From NCBI GenBank assembly GCA_021785735.1, contig JAJYEP010000001.1:29-64028 (forward strand): a DNA stretch of 64,000 bases, given 5' to 3'. A program made the translations under genes and the position numbers. Under the pieces are notes generated by a model, which worked only from the letters and a program-made list of their open reading frames with translations, did no database searches and was not told the DNA's origin. Below are positions 1 to 10,181 of this stretch, one piece after another; positions within the stretch are counted from its first letter, which is position 1; every line of letters starts with the position of its first letter. Origin of the DNA: Thermoplasmata archaeon (GTDB lineage Archaea; Thermoplasmatota; Thermoplasmata; Thermoplasmatales; Thermoplasmataceae).

Positions 1-7
1 GCTGGAG

Positions 8-1180
8 GTGATGAGGTTCCTCAACATTGCATCTGTTTCCTTTGGCAAAGATGGTGTTGTTAATTATGAAATGGCAAAGGATCATGCGCCTGTAATCTTA
101 GGAAACATTGGAAAATATCATGAAGAATCTTCATTCAGGAAGGTCATAGAAAAGGTTGATTTGGTTGTTAGCAAGAAAATAGATCTCTATGATTTTGAGA
201 CCTTCATGGCAGAAATATACGTGGACGATGGCCGGATCGAGGAAGCCTCAGATACCATAAAAATTTTGACCAAAAATATGAATATACCGGGCAGGAAACC
301 ATCTGGAAGGCTCTATAGAGTTATGGGTACCGTGGACTTCTTCCTGGGGAACCTTGACATATCAAAGGATGAGTTTGAAAAGTCACTGGAACTCTGCAAT
401 ATGGACAACGATAATGACTGCGTTGGATCGGCTTATCTGGGGCTTGGAAACATTTATGGAGTGATGAGTTCAAACACTTCCGCAATAGAATACTATGACA
501 GGGCCTTTGCATCATTCAGGGAGACAGACAACAAGAAGGGAATGGCGAAGGCAAAAATTAACTTATCATACGTATTTGCAAGAACTGGCGACATATGGGA
601 ATCGAATGTTGCTAATTCAGAATCCTTGGAGCTATTAATTAAGAGCGGAGATAAGAACTTACTTCAGATGGCATACTTAAACAAGACTTCGATGCTGATT
701 GCCCATGGAGAATACAGGGAAGCATCTGAAAGCGTAATGAACACTTATTATATTAGTACAGAAACAGAAAACAGAAGAATCTTTCATCTTGTTCGGCTGG
801 CCATGACAGATATAGATATATCTAGGCAGAAAAACCCGATAAAATCATACATTGTGAAGGCCCTGCGATATTTCAAAAAGATGTCAAGTCCGATGGATAT
901 TGCCTATTGCTATGCTACGCTCGCAGAATTTCATATTTCTGATAAAAAGGCAGACTATGCGGTACATTTTATAAGGAAATCTATAGTTATAAGTCTTAAG
1001 GTTGGAGACGTAGCCAGCATGGTATCCGCAGGAATCAAAATCCTGAGGGTGGCTGTTATCCATAAAACGAATGAAACCATCATTTTGAAAATTCACAAAA
1101 TAATGCTGGAAAACCTTACAGATAAGAGATTTTTAAAAATATATAATGATATAGTGAAACAGTTTCTCCCCTTTATTTAG
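8..1180 (+). CDS. TPR-repeat protein (function unknown)
   Basis: 390-aa ORF with repeated helical units carrying TPR-like signatures (SAYLGLGNIYGVMSSNTSAIEYYDRAFASF; MAKAKINLSYVFARTGD; AYCYATLAEFHISDKKADYAVHFIRKS). The frame is open back to base 2, so the true 5' end may lie outside the window. Confidence 0.6.
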   Translation: MMRFLNIASVSFGKDGVVNYEMAKDHAPVILGNIGKYHEESSFRKVIEKVDLVVSKKIDLYDFETFMAEIYVDDGRIEEASDTIKILTKNMNIPGRKPSGRLYRVMGTVDFFLGNLDISKDEFEKSLELCNMDNDNDCVGSAYLGLGNIYGVMSSNTSAIEYYDRAFASFRETDNKKGMAKAKINLSYVFARTGDIWESNVANSESLELLIKSGDKNLLQMAYLNKTSMLIAHGEYREASESVMNTYYISTETENRRIFHLVRLAMTDIDISRQKNPIKSYIVKALRYFKKMSSPMDIAYCYATLAEFHISDKKADYAVHFIRKSIVISLKVGDVASMVSAGIKILRVAVIHKTNETIILKIHKIMLENLTDKRFLKIYNDIVKQFLPFI

Positions 1181-1292
1181 AAAACCCAAGTTCCTCCATT
1201 TGCAGGTGCATTCATCGACTGTTTCACCCCCTCCTTAGTTGGTTCCATTGGGACCTCATTTTCTAGTTTCATAATTTGGAAACATATGGGAG

Positions 1293-1372
1293 TTATTAAA
1301 TATATTTATTTTTATATAAAACATATAATTTTAAATATATAAATAGATTTATGCATATTTAAAATAATTATG
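1293..1372. other. Extremely AT-rich tract (about 94% A+T over 80 nt) in a 360-bp spacer between convergent genes
   Basis: The sequence TTATTAAATATATTTATTTTTATATAAAACATATAATTTTAAATATATAAATAGATTTATGCATATTTAAAATAATTATG contains only about 5 G/C. Both flanking genes end, rather than start, toward this spacer. Confidence 0.5.
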
Positions 1373-1540
1373 AGAAACTTGAGATTAACATCATGATATA
1401 AACCGGGCATTGGATTTTATATTTTCGCACCATCAATGATAAAATTCTTCCAAAGCAATCGTGGAAAAACAATATGTTTCTTACTTTTTAAAATCAACAA
1501 TGTTCGAAGAAATTAAGAAATGAATAAAATAATTACTGCG

Positions 1541-2347
1541 TCACTGCGGGGGCTCTCCAATAGTTGTGCTTTTTGAGCGTATTGCCTCGAGATTTTCCTT
1601 AATCTTACCAAGGCCAACGTAAAGCAGAATTGCCCCGATATAATTGATGAATAGGAAAACAATACTGCCCGCCTTAACAAGACCCGTGTCGTAAATGGAA
1701 CCTATACGGTAAAGTCCGATGATGAGCATTATCAATCCCACCAGAAGTAAAATTGCCCCAATGACCACAAGTACTGCGAAAGCAAGTATACCGCCAAGAA
1801 TTGATGAAATTGGTGTTTGAGCATTGCCAGAGAGGCCTATGGAAAGAAGGAATCCCAGAAATATGGCCACGCCGATCAAAACCATTACAACACCCACGAG
1901 AAGGAGCACGGATCCCGTCTTTCCAGTGCTGAACCTTCTATTGGCAACAATAAGCTTTGAGAATCCACGGTATATGAAGTACATTGAAACAATGAATAGG
2001 GCAAATATCACGGTGGATGAGAGCAAACTAAAGAAGAGGGACGAACTGTTTATTATCAATGTGGTTGAACCAGGAGAGGTTGAAATCGGGACAGAGGATT
2101 CAGATCCGAAAACAGAGAAGAATCCAAGGGATGAAGCAATCGTACCATTTATGACAGCCATTACAATACCGATAAGTCCAGATATCAGTACTATCAGCAT
2201 TCCAATCCTCAAGCTGGAAATTCCGTCTATGGCGGAATCAATTATTCTTGGGTCGGCACCAAGGTTGAGCGGCTGACCGCAAACCTCACATACGCTGGCA
2301 CTGTCTGGATTCTGGAAATTACAGTTTGGGCAGACTTTTACCATCAT
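1541..2347 (-). CDS. Zinc-ribbon membrane protein (unknown function)
   Basis: 268 aa. N-terminal CPNC-x13-CEVC zinc-ribbon motif is followed by about 6 long hydrophobic helices. A 150-aa antisense ORF overlaps it and is judged spurious. Confidence 0.6.
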   Translation of the reverse strand: MMVKVCPNCNFQNPDSASVCEVCGQPLNLGADPRIIDSAIDGISSLRIGMLIVLISGLIGIVMAVINGTIASSLGFFSVFGSESSVPISTSPGSTTLIINSSSLFFSLLSSTVIFALFIVSMYFIYRGFSKLIVANRRFSTGKTGSVLLLVGVVMVLIGVAIFLGFLLSIGLSGNAQTPISSILGGILAFAVLVVIGAILLLVGLIMLIIGLYRIGSIYDTGLVKAGSIVFLFINYIGAILLYVGLGKIKENLEAIRSKSTTIGEPPQ

Positions 2348-2524
2348 TAAGAAATGTTTCGCTGCATATAAAACTATAATACAAGTCGAGTTCAGAATAT
2401 TACATGGATATGAGTTATATCTAGCCGATGCCCGAGTGTCCTCTTTTAACTATTTCATTTATACACAGATAACAAACAGTTTTGTCAATGCATAAATACC
2501 GGAAAGAACTGCATGCGGGTTTGA

Positions 2525-3745
2525 ATGAGCTCAAGCATCAGAGGTTTCCACCCTTCCATAGTGACAATCGGATTCGCAGACTTCATCAGAGGATTTACCA
2601 GATATCCTCTCTGGATACTGATATCAGTATATCTGCTTACGACCAGACATTTCAATTACATAGATATCGGACTGGTATTTCTTGCTCAATCTATCTTTGC
2701 CGTGCCTTTTTCCATATACGGCGGGAGAATTTCAGATATAAGTGGAAGAAGGAAGCTTGCAATAACAATGCCCACGGTGCTCTCAGCTTCTTACCTGATC
2801 TTCTTTCTTGTGATTTATTACAATCTGTCTCTACCAATAATTACAGTAATGATGGTGGACATAAGTATACTGAATATTGTACAGTATAACGTAAACAACT
2901 CAATTTTAACAGACCTTTCAAGTGAAGTACAACGACTGAACTCATTCAGTCTTGTCCGTGTCATGAGCAACGCAGGCATTGGAGCTGGTTTAATATTTTC
3001 AGGGCTGGCAGCGATAATCAATCCGGCATACTTTTTTCTTGCTCCGGTATTTGGTTCCGTCGCAGAAGTATTCATCTATTACAGGTATGTTCCCGAATCC
3101 ATATCCAGAAGGAACGTTAATTTTAGTGGATCTCCACACAAATTCTCATTTAGGAAAGATCGGCTCCTAATCACGGTATCACTTGTGCTGGCATTCTCTT
3201 CACTGATGTCAGGAATGTATGAAAGCCCTATCCTGCCATTGTATCTTACCAGTAGGTTCGGCTACTCGGAGATCCAGATCACATTACTCTATGCAGTAAA
3301 CACGCTGATTGTAATCATGTTTCAGTTCCAGATAAACAAGTTGAGTCGGAAGATAGGAGAGATACCAACTTATTCACTCGGTCTTGTCCTCTATGCTGTC
3401 TCATACCTGATTTTTGGCATTGAGGGGATCTTCACACTGCTCATTCTCAATGTTGCGATGCTCACAATTGGCGAGGACATGACGTCTCAGTTCTCGCAGG
3501 TGTTCATATCGAGAATAGCGCCCGAAGACAGGCGTGGTGAATATTTCGGATACAGTTCGGCAGTATTCAGCTTTGTTTACCCGTTTACTCCTCTTTTGGG
3601 AACATTTATTCTCCAGACATTCTACTACAATCCGATCCTGCTCTGGGGAATAATATCCGGATTATGCCTTTTGATGGCTTTGGTCTCTCTGTCAATGAGA
3701 AGGGTGATTCCAGACCCGAGAAAATCTGTCCCACCATTGATATGA
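2525..3745 (+). CDS. MFS-type transporter
   Basis: 406 aa with about 12 hydrophobic segments. The loop motif GGRISDISGRRK after TM2 resembles the MFS signature G-x-x-x-D-R-x-G-R-R. Confidence 0.72.
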   Translation: MSSSIRGFHPSIVTIGFADFIRGFTRYPLWILISVYLLTTRHFNYIDIGLVFLAQSIFAVPFSIYGGRISDISGRRKLAITMPTVLSASYLIFFLVIYYNLSLPIITVMMVDISILNIVQYNVNNSILTDLSSEVQRLNSFSLVRVMSNAGIGAGLIFSGLAAIINPAYFFLAPVFGSVAEVFIYYRYVPESISRRNVNFSGSPHKFSFRKDRLLITVSLVLAFSSLMSGMYESPILPLYLTSRFGYSEIQITLLYAVNTLIVIMFQFQINKLSRKIGEIPTYSLGLVLYAVSYLIFGIEGIFTLLILNVAMLTIGEDMTSQFSQVFISRIAPEDRRGEYFGYSSAVFSFVYPFTPLLGTFILQTFYYNPILLWGIISGLCLLMALVSLSMRRVIPDPRKSVPPLI

Positions 3746-3759
3746 TCAAATTCAATCAG

Positions 3760-4263
3760 TTATGATTCGTAAACCCGACGCACAAGAGTCTTTTCCATCT
3801 TTATGTCGTCGCCATCAATTTCTGATTCGCGAAACATTCTCTTCCTGTAAAATCCAATTCCTATCGCGTTCAGGCGGTGAACATAAAGTTTCACAGAAGA
3901 AATTCCCCTGAGTAATAGAGTCTTTTCCGTCTCATCCATAAGTTTTGTGCCTATCCCCATTCTCGTGTGATCAGGAAGAATGTAGAGGCGGAGTATCTCG
4001 GCCTCGTCACCCGTAGTCTTTGTTTCAATGAAACCGGTGAGACGATTATCCACAAATGATCCGTAAAAAATTATGTCGCCTCCAGGATGAGTTCTTGAGA
4101 TGTCACTCCTTATTTTTTCCGTATCATAATTTCTTCTGATCCATTCTTCTATGAATGATTCTGTATAAATATCCCTATAAGCCCACATCCAGGACAGACG
4201 CGCGATGTTTCTGATCTCGCTGCTATCATTTGCAGTCAGGGGCTTAACAATGCAGTAATTCAA
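3760..4263 (-). CDS. GNAT-family N-acetyltransferase
   Basis: 167 aa. The acetyl-CoA binding motif region RLYILPDHTRMGIGTKLMDETEK (R/Q-x-x-G-x-G/A) is typical of GNAT. Confidence 0.75.
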   Translation of the reverse strand: MNYCIVKPLTANDSSEIRNIARLSWMWAYRDIYTESFIEEWIRRNYDTEKIRSDISRTHPGGDIIFYGSFVDNRLTGFIETKTTGDEAEILRLYILPDHTRMGIGTKLMDETEKTLLLRGISSVKLYVHRLNAIGIGFYRKRMFRESEIDGDDIKMEKTLVRRVYES

Positions 4264-4318
4264 TGAGGCAGCATTAAATAATAATTATTAAAAATTCTGG
4301 CAACGGAAGGGAAGTGAT

Positions 4319-4933
4319 TCAGGGCGATACCTGTACCTTTTCATCGGTTTCTGACACTTCCATCATTCCAAGCTTCATGGCACCTATATTAATGTCAAGC
4401 AGCTTACCGGTGAATCTGTCGATCAGAGCATCGGTAATATTTTTTTCATTCACCGGAAGGATACCAAGTGACAGCGCGGCACCTATCATGACCACATTTG
4501 CCGATCTGAACGATCCGGCTTTTCTACCAAGGTCAACCGCATCAATTTCGTATATTTTACTGCTGCTTGATACCATTGAGATCATTTTCTGGATATCGGG
4601 ATATTCCTCGTCCTTCATGCTAACCGATATTGGAGTTAACTTTTCCTTGTTCATCAGAACTCTTGCATCGGTATTGACTGATTGCAGAACCCGAAAGGTT
4701 TCTATGGGCTCAAATCCCATGATAAGATCGACTCTCCTTCTGGGAGATATTGGACCATAGACATCACCTATCCTTACCTCAACGCTAACAGATCCTCCCC
4801 GCTGTGAAAGACCATGAATCTCGGACATAACGACGTTGAGTCCGGCCTTTATTGCAGCTTCCGATATTAGGGTACCAGCAGTGATTACCCCCTGCCCCCC
4901 GACGCCTGCAATGATCATGTTGAACGTCTTCAT
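4319..4933 (-). CDS. iorB: Indolepyruvate:ferredoxin oxidoreductase, beta subunit
   Basis: 204 aa. N-terminus MIIAGVGGQGVITAGTLISEAA is the gamma-type domain of 2-oxoacid:Fd oxidoreductases. It has a 4-nt overlap with the upstream iorA, the classic iorAB arrangement. Confidence 0.85.
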   Translation of the reverse strand: MKTFNMIIAGVGGQGVITAGTLISEAAIKAGLNVVMSEIHGLSQRGGSVSVEVRIGDVYGPISPRRRVDLIMGFEPIETFRVLQSVNTDARVLMNKEKLTPISVSMKDEEYPDIQKMISMVSSSSKIYEIDAVDLGRKAGSFRSANVVMIGAALSLGILPVNEKNITDALIDRFTGKLLDINIGAMKLGMMEVSETDEKVQVSP

Positions 4934-6801
4934 TGTCTCACCTCAATTGCCTTGAACGGACAAACATATGCTTCAGCGCAAACACCGCAGCCGTCGCACA
5001 GATTGGGATCAATCCTTATCTCTCCATTCTCTATGAATATCGCAGGGCACGAAAAATTCTCTACACAATTCATACATTTCCCGCATTTATCCTGGTCGAC
5101 AGTGTATGTGAGAATTTTTCCGGTTTTCTGCATATCCCTGTCCCTTAGGATGGCGCATTCCCTCCGTGAAACTATCACAGATACGGAATCCTCCTTGAGA
5201 GCTCTGGTGATTGCTTTCAGAGATTCCTTGAGGTCATAGGGATCAATTACCTGTACGTCCTTGACGCCCACGCTTCTGGCAATGTCTTCTATTGCTATTG
5301 AAGGTGATTCTTCGCCCAGTGCATTGAATTTCTCTCCTGGGTTTGGCTGCTGTCCCGTCATTGCAGTGGTTCCATTGTCCAGCACAATAACAAGAATGTT
5401 CAGCTTGTTATGGACTGCGTTTATTAGTGGAGGTATTCCGGAATGGAAAAATGTGGAATCTCCAATGAATGCAATCACCTTCTGGTTCGTCGACATGGCA
5501 AAACCGTTGGCCATACCTATAGAAGAGCCCATTGAAATCATTGTATCTGCCTCCTCGTATGGATCGTACACTCCAAGCGAGTAACACCCTATATCCGAAG
5601 CAAATATGGTATCAGGCTTATTCATCATCTTAACTGCCCTCTTTACTGCATAATATGCCGCCCTGTGAGGGCATCCGGGGCACAGAACAGGCGGTCTAGG
5701 CGGCAGATCGAGTTTTCCCTTGGGTGCATCCTGGACAGCGAAACCAATTATCTTTGAAAGTGAATGGGCGACAGTGTCCGGTGTGAACTCATGGCTTTCG
5801 CTGAAATATCCGTCCAGCTTTCCGTATATCCTTGCATCAATGCTATGCATCTGTGCAATGGTCCTTATTTTGGATTCGAGGTACGGATCAAGCTCTTCCA
5901 CGATTATCACGTCTCTGTGGTTGGTGATAAACCCTCCAATAATCTTTTCAGGCAGTGGGTTTGTGAATCCAAGCTTCAGTATGTCTGCGTCGAGCCCATA
6001 TTCTGTTATCACATCCATGACAGAGTTGTATGCGGCGCCAGACGTGATTATCCCATATTTTCCGTTGCCATGATGCTCAATCCTGTTCATGTTGGAACTG
6101 TCCGATTCGCCCTTCAATCCGTGCATTTTATCCATCAATTTTTCCTTGAGCGTATATGAATTTGAGGGCAGGCAGACAAATTCGTGGACATCCTTGACAA
6201 AAACACCCATTTCCGGCAAGTCCTTTCGGATCTCCCCAAGTTTCACGAGTCCACGCATATGGCTGACTCTCGTGGTGGTTCTGAATAGTACTGGCAACTT
6301 GTACTTCTCAGAAAGATCAAATGCCTGCAAAAGGAAATCCTTTGCTTCCTGCGGATTGGAAGGTTCTATCATGGGAACATGTGCAAGATCGGCATAGTGT
6401 CTGTTATCCTGTTCGTTCTGCGAGGAATACATGGACGGATCGTCTGCAGACATCACCACCATGCCTGATCTCACTCCGGTGTATGCAATGCTCATAAATG
6501 GATCGGAGGCAACATTCAACCCGACATGTTTCATGAAAACCATCGATCTCAAACCGGAAATCGAAGCTGCAAATGCAGTCTCAATTGCAACCTTTTCATT
6601 CACGGAAAACTGGAACTTCATCCCAAATTTCTTTGCGATCAGTGATAGCGTATCACCAACTTCGCTCGAAGGGGTTCCGGGATATGTGGTTGCAACCCTG
6701 ACACCTGCCTCGACAGCACCTCTTGCTATAGCCTCGTTGCTCAAAAGAAAAAGAATGGTCTCCTGGGTGCCTTCCAGCATAAGATCGTTAAGTTTGACCA
6801 T
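4930..6801 (-). CDS. iorA: Indolepyruvate:ferredoxin oxidoreductase, alpha subunit
   Basis: 623 aa. Has the N-terminal GNEAIARGAVEAGV...YPGTPSSE motif, a TPP-binding region GDSTFFHSG, and two C-terminal 4Fe-4S motifs (CGKCMNCVENFSCP; CDGCGVCAEAYVCP). Confidence 0.9.
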   Translation of the reverse strand: MVKLNDLMLEGTQETILFLLSNEAIARGAVEAGVRVATTYPGTPSSEVGDTLSLIAKKFGMKFQFSVNEKVAIETAFAASISGLRSMVFMKHVGLNVASDPFMSIAYTGVRSGMVVMSADDPSMYSSQNEQDNRHYADLAHVPMIEPSNPQEAKDFLLQAFDLSEKYKLPVLFRTTTRVSHMRGLVKLGEIRKDLPEMGVFVKDVHEFVCLPSNSYTLKEKLMDKMHGLKGESDSSNMNRIEHHGNGKYGIITSGAAYNSVMDVITEYGLDADILKLGFTNPLPEKIIGGFITNHRDVIIVEELDPYLESKIRTIAQMHSIDARIYGKLDGYFSESHEFTPDTVAHSLSKIIGFAVQDAPKGKLDLPPRPPVLCPGCPHRAAYYAVKRAVKMMNKPDTIFASDIGCYSLGVYDPYEEADTMISMGSSIGMANGFAMSTNQKVIAFIGDSTFFHSGIPPLINAVHNKLNILVIVLDNGTTAMTGQQPNPGEKFNALGEESPSIAIEDIARSVGVKDVQVIDPYDLKESLKAITRALKEDSVSVIVSRRECAILRDRDMQKTGKILTYTVDQDKCGKCMNCVENFSCPAIFIENGEIRIDPNLCDGCGVCAEAYVCPFKAIEVRQ

Positions 6802-6918
6802 AGACTATCATATTATGATCCGCCATTGGTATTATTAATTCATACCTTACATCTCAGGTCAATGATAGTTATTATCACGCTTTACTAATTATAAAATTTG
6901 AGATCGGGTAGAAAGAAG

Positions 6919-7719
6919 TTATCGCTCATATTTTCCAAAAAGTTCAGCCGTTATTGAGGAAAATTTTCCGGAATTTGAAAGAAATTCAGAGGGAACAAAT
7001 CTCGGTCCCTCCGGGGAATCATAATGCGAGAAAGGTATTCCGTATGTTTTCTGCAAATTTTCCTCGTTTATCACTTCCTCAGGGGTTCCCGAGGCAACCA
7101 TGCTTCCGTTCTTCATCAACAGGACACTGTCACAAAGATTCCAGATCATGTTGATATCGTGCATTGTCACAACAACGATTTTATTCTCGTCTTTTAGTGA
7201 CCTGACAATTCTGAAAACCTTCGTGGATTTATCAACATCCAGGAAGGAAAATGGCTCATCCATCAGACAAACATCCGCATCCTGGTAAATTAATGTAGCA
7301 AGCATCACCAGCCTCTTCTCGCCACCGCTCAGCTGGGAAAATTGTCTTTTATAAAGGTTTTCTATGCCAAGCTTTCTGAGTGATCTTTTAATGCCTTCCG
7401 GTGGTCTCCCTGTGAAATAACCTGCGGTCCCTATCACGTCACTGACGGTGAAGCTGAAAGGGTTTGGTGTCTCCTGTGATAGCATGGATATTATTCTGGG
7501 TCTCTCCATATGCTGATATTCGTTGATGTCCCTGTCATTATATCTGATCTCTCCGGATTCCTTCTTCAGTATTCCAGCTATGATCCTTAGAAATGTACTT
7601 TTGCCTGATCCATTCGGCCCGACTATTCCTACCACATCGCCGTTTTGGGCGTTGAGACCAAGCTCTTTCAACCTGAAATTTCCTCTGCTGAACGAAACAC
7701 CTCTGATCTCAAGCATCAT
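6919..7719 (-). CDS. ABC transporter ATP-binding protein (iron-chelate/cobalamin FepC/BtuD type)
   Basis: Walker A GPNGSGKST, signature LSGGEKR, Walker B CLMDEP. I moved the start to the MM at 7719/7716 (MMLEIRGVSF). The ORF-track start at 7773 lies inside the upstream permease gene. Confidence 0.85.
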   Translation of the reverse strand: MMLEIRGVSFSRGNFRLKELGLNAQNGDVVGIVGPNGSGKSTFLRIIAGILKKESGEIRYNDRDINEYQHMERPRIISMLSQETPNPFSFTVSDVIGTAGYFTGRPPEGIKRSLRKLGIENLYKRQFSQLSGGEKRLVMLATLIYQDADVCLMDEPFSFLDVDKSTKVFRIVRSLKDENKIVVVTMHDINMIWNLCDSVLLMKNGSMVASGTPEEVINEENLQKTYGIPFSHYDSPEGPRFVPSEFLSNSGKFSSITAELFGKYER

Positions 7720-8782
7720 ATGACCCCCTTGAAAGTCGTGAAAGCAGAAGCATGAAAAATGGCACTCCAACAAGGCTGGTAACTATACCAATCGGTATCA
7801 CTTCTCCAGAGATGAAAGCATGTGCGGCATCCTCGGAGAGGATCAGAAATATGCCTCCGATAATCGCAGAAGTTGGTATGACAATCCTGTTTGTTCCACC
7901 GTAAATTAATCTGCAAACATGTGGTACGATAAGGCCGACAAAACCTATAAGTCCAGAGACAGCGACGCAGGCGGAGACTCCAAATGCTATGACGCTTATC
8001 AGAAGTATCTTGGTGAATTCCACATTGACTCCGACAGTGTGCGCATATTCCTCCCCCAGTTGAATGGCATCGAGTTCGCGCGAGTAAATTATGGACACAA
8101 ATATTGCAAGAACATTTACAGCTGTAATTATACCAAGTTCCGTCCAGGTAATCTGCTGCAGCGATCCCATCAGCCAGAAGAACACATCACCCTGGAGTCG
8201 AACGTTTGAGAATACCATGAACGCAACCAGTGCAGATACAAAAAGAGAAACAGCTATACCCATCAAAAGCAGATAAACAATGGGAACTTTTCCGTGGCGG
8301 AATGACAGGAAATATACAAGGTATACAACCACTAGGGAGAAAACGAATGCCATAAGGTCTATTGAATAAATGCCCAGTATATCGATACCAAGCACTATGG
8401 TTGCCACCGCTCCAAAAGCCGCACCGCTGGAGATCCCTATGACGTAAGGTTCGGTGATAGGATTCTTGAATATGGACTGGATTACTGCGCCTCCCACGCC
8501 GAGAGAAGCCCCTATGACAAGAGCACTGAAAATCTGTGGCTCACGTAGAAGGACCACAATCTCATGCTGAATAGATGTGAAATGAAAATGAAACATTCCG
8601 CCGAGAACAGGGACCTGGGATATCATTATCTCCATGACAGTGTAGAACGGAATCTTAACAGAGCCGATGAAGAAAGAGGCAAGAATTACAAGTAGCAGAA
8701 AAATAAGGGATAATGCTATCTTGGTTTTGGTGCCGATTGTCAGAATATGCCTTTCCGTTATATATTTGAACATTGCTTTCAC
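7709..8782 (-). CDS. ABC transporter permease, FecCD/BtuC family
   Basis: 357 aa and polytopic. Gly-rich helices (GASLGVGGAVIQSIFKNPITEPYVIGISSGAAFGA) are typical of FecCD permeases. It sits in an operon between the binding protein and the ATPase. Confidence 0.85.
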   Translation of the reverse strand: MKAMFKYITERHILTIGTKTKIALSLIFLLLVILASFFIGSVKIPFYTVMEIMISQVPVLGGMFHFHFTSIQHEIVVLLREPQIFSALVIGASLGVGGAVIQSIFKNPITEPYVIGISSGAAFGAVATIVLGIDILGIYSIDLMAFVFSLVVVYLVYFLSFRHGKVPIVYLLLMGIAVSLFVSALVAFMVFSNVRLQGDVFFWLMGSLQQITWTELGIITAVNVLAIFVSIIYSRELDAIQLGEEYAHTVGVNVEFTKILLISVIAFGVSACVAVSGLIGFVGLIVPHVCRLIYGGTNRIVIPTSAIIGGIFLILSEDAAHAFISGEVIPIGIVTSLVGVPFFMLLLSRLSRGSYDA

Positions 8783-9771
8783 GCGTTTGGCATTGGAGGA
8801 TATCCAAGATTAATGGGGAAATTCGGTATATTGAGGTAAATCCCGGGATAGATGATGCTGATCAACCACTGGATAGCATATATGGTCCTGAAGTCAGGCT
8901 CATTGAAAAAGTTGTCATCGAATATGGTGAAGACCTTCTGCGGTGAACCTGTCATTGCAGCAGTCTCATTGAAAGGTGCAGTCTGCACTGCCGATTCCGG
9001 AACATACTGATCGAGAAGTATGATATCGGGGGACTCATTGGCTATGACTTCACCACTAATAGTGAAATAACCGCTGTTAGAGGCAACGTTTCGCAGATGT
9101 GCTATCAGGAAAAACTGGTTTATGAACGTGTTGTTCCCCGCCGTCCAGTAACCGCCATAGTTTGAGAGATAATAGAAAATTGTCTGCTCAGTGCTAATGT
9201 TCGACATCGATGATGAAATGGCATTCAGTGATGAGCTCATCCAGTTGACGATGATGGTGGCATTGGAACTCTTGCCAGTCAGTTCGCCAAGCATCATTGT
9301 GAAGTTTTCTATCTGGGGGAAGCTTTCCGGATTATCCAGCATAAACGGAATCTTGAGTGTATTGTTGATGTAAGTTCCGTATGAAGGCATCGTTGATCCG
9401 TATCCTAGGACCACCTGCGGTGAAAGGTTTAGCAATTCGCTATAGTCCACTGTATAAGCATTCCCTACATTTGGAACAGATTCGTTTGGCGGATATGAAT
9501 CATAAACGTTTCCTCCAACCAGATCCTTAATGGCACCAAGGGCATAAAGAGTGGCTGTTGCCGACGGATCAAGACTGACTATCCTTGTCACAGGTTTCTG
9601 GAAAACAAAGCTTCTCCCCAAAGAATCTGTGACCTTAATGGGGCCACTTGAACTCGCGTGGCCGGTGGAGCTGACATAACCAAACACTGACAGTGCTCCC
9701 AGTACCACGATAATCACTACAACAAGCGCTTTCATCTTCCTGTCAAAAAATCCCGAACTCATTTCAATCAC
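8779..9771 (-). CDS. ABC transporter substrate-binding protein (iron-siderophore/cobalamin class), membrane anchored
   Basis: 330 aa. N-terminal hydrophobic anchor (KALVVVIIVVLGALSVFGYV) followed by RIVSLDPSATATLYALG, typical of class-III (BtuF/FhuD-like) binding proteins. It is the first gene of the ABC operon. Confidence 0.7.
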   Translation of the reverse strand: MIEMSSGFFDRKMKALVVVIIVVLGALSVFGYVSSTGHASSSGPIKVTDSLGRSFVFQKPVTRIVSLDPSATATLYALGAIKDLVGGNVYDSYPPNESVPNVGNAYTVDYSELLNLSPQVVLGYGSTMPSYGTYINNTLKIPFMLDNPESFPQIENFTMMLGELTGKSSNATIIVNWMSSSLNAISSSMSNISTEQTIFYYLSNYGGYWTAGNNTFINQFFLIAHLRNVASNSGYFTISGEVIANESPDIILLDQYVPESAVQTAPFNETAAMTGSPQKVFTIFDDNFFNEPDFRTIYAIQWLISIIYPGIYLNIPNFPINLGYPPMPNA

Positions 9772-9788
9772 TGAAATTATTTTTCTAA

Positions 9789-9825
9789 ATGTGAAATAGT
9801 TTTCACTATAATAAAATTTTCACAT
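9789..9825. promoter_or_regulatory. Inverted repeat ATGTGAAA-N21-TTTCACAT upstream of the ABC uptake operon (candidate operator)
   Basis: ATGTGAAA at 9789-9796 and its exact reverse complement TTTCACAT at 9818-9825, with a third half-site TTTCAC at 9801-9806. It lies 18-54 nt upstream of the binding-protein start codon (9771). Confidence 0.3.
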
Positions 9826-9858
9826 GAAACCTTTTTATCATGGATTTGATAAACTGTA

Positions 9859-10161
9859 GCCGGACTTGGCCGGGGAGCCAGGCTCTCCCTGTTACCCGAA
9901 GTCTATATGCGGGGGCGACAGTCCCATGAGACCAACCAGACTTCTGCCAGGCCCCGTGGAATCGATGAGGTTCTGTCCCACTGGATCGCAGGTTCCATCG
10001 GTCAATCTCAAAGGAGAATGGCCGATTGATCAATCTGGTGAACCCGCCAGAACCGGAAGGGGGCAACGGTAGCCAGGACTCGTGATGCTGGTGGGGTGCG
10101 GATCTGAGAGGAATCGGGGGGTACCTGCCAGGACATCTGGACCGAATGGGACGTGTCCGGT
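9859..10161 (+). ncRNA. ffs: Signal recognition particle RNA (archaeal 7S/SRP RNA)
   Basis: A GC-rich island of about 303 nt in an AT-richer genome. The helix-8 signature GTGAACCCGCCAGAACCGGAAGGGGGCAACGGTAGCC matches the universal SRP RNA motif (GG.CCGGAAGG.AGCA.C). The 5' Alu-domain motif CCCTGTTACCCGAAG is present. The 5' end GCCGGAC pairs with the 3' end GTCCGGT. A TATA-like CTTTTTATCA lies about 20-28 nt upstream. End coordinates are good to about 5 nt. Confidence 0.82.
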
Positions 10162-10181
10162 ATTTCCGCTTCGGAGAGATC

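Noticed and set aside
1824-2276. A 150-aa plus-strand ORF inside the zinc-ribbon membrane protein gene. Similar shadow ORFs lie inside iorA (several of 70-135 aa), the OFOR genes, lonB and folC.
   Set aside because: All are nested antisense or alternate-frame ORFs within longer genes that have clear family motifs. Their compositions are low-complexity, and none shows start-site context or motifs.
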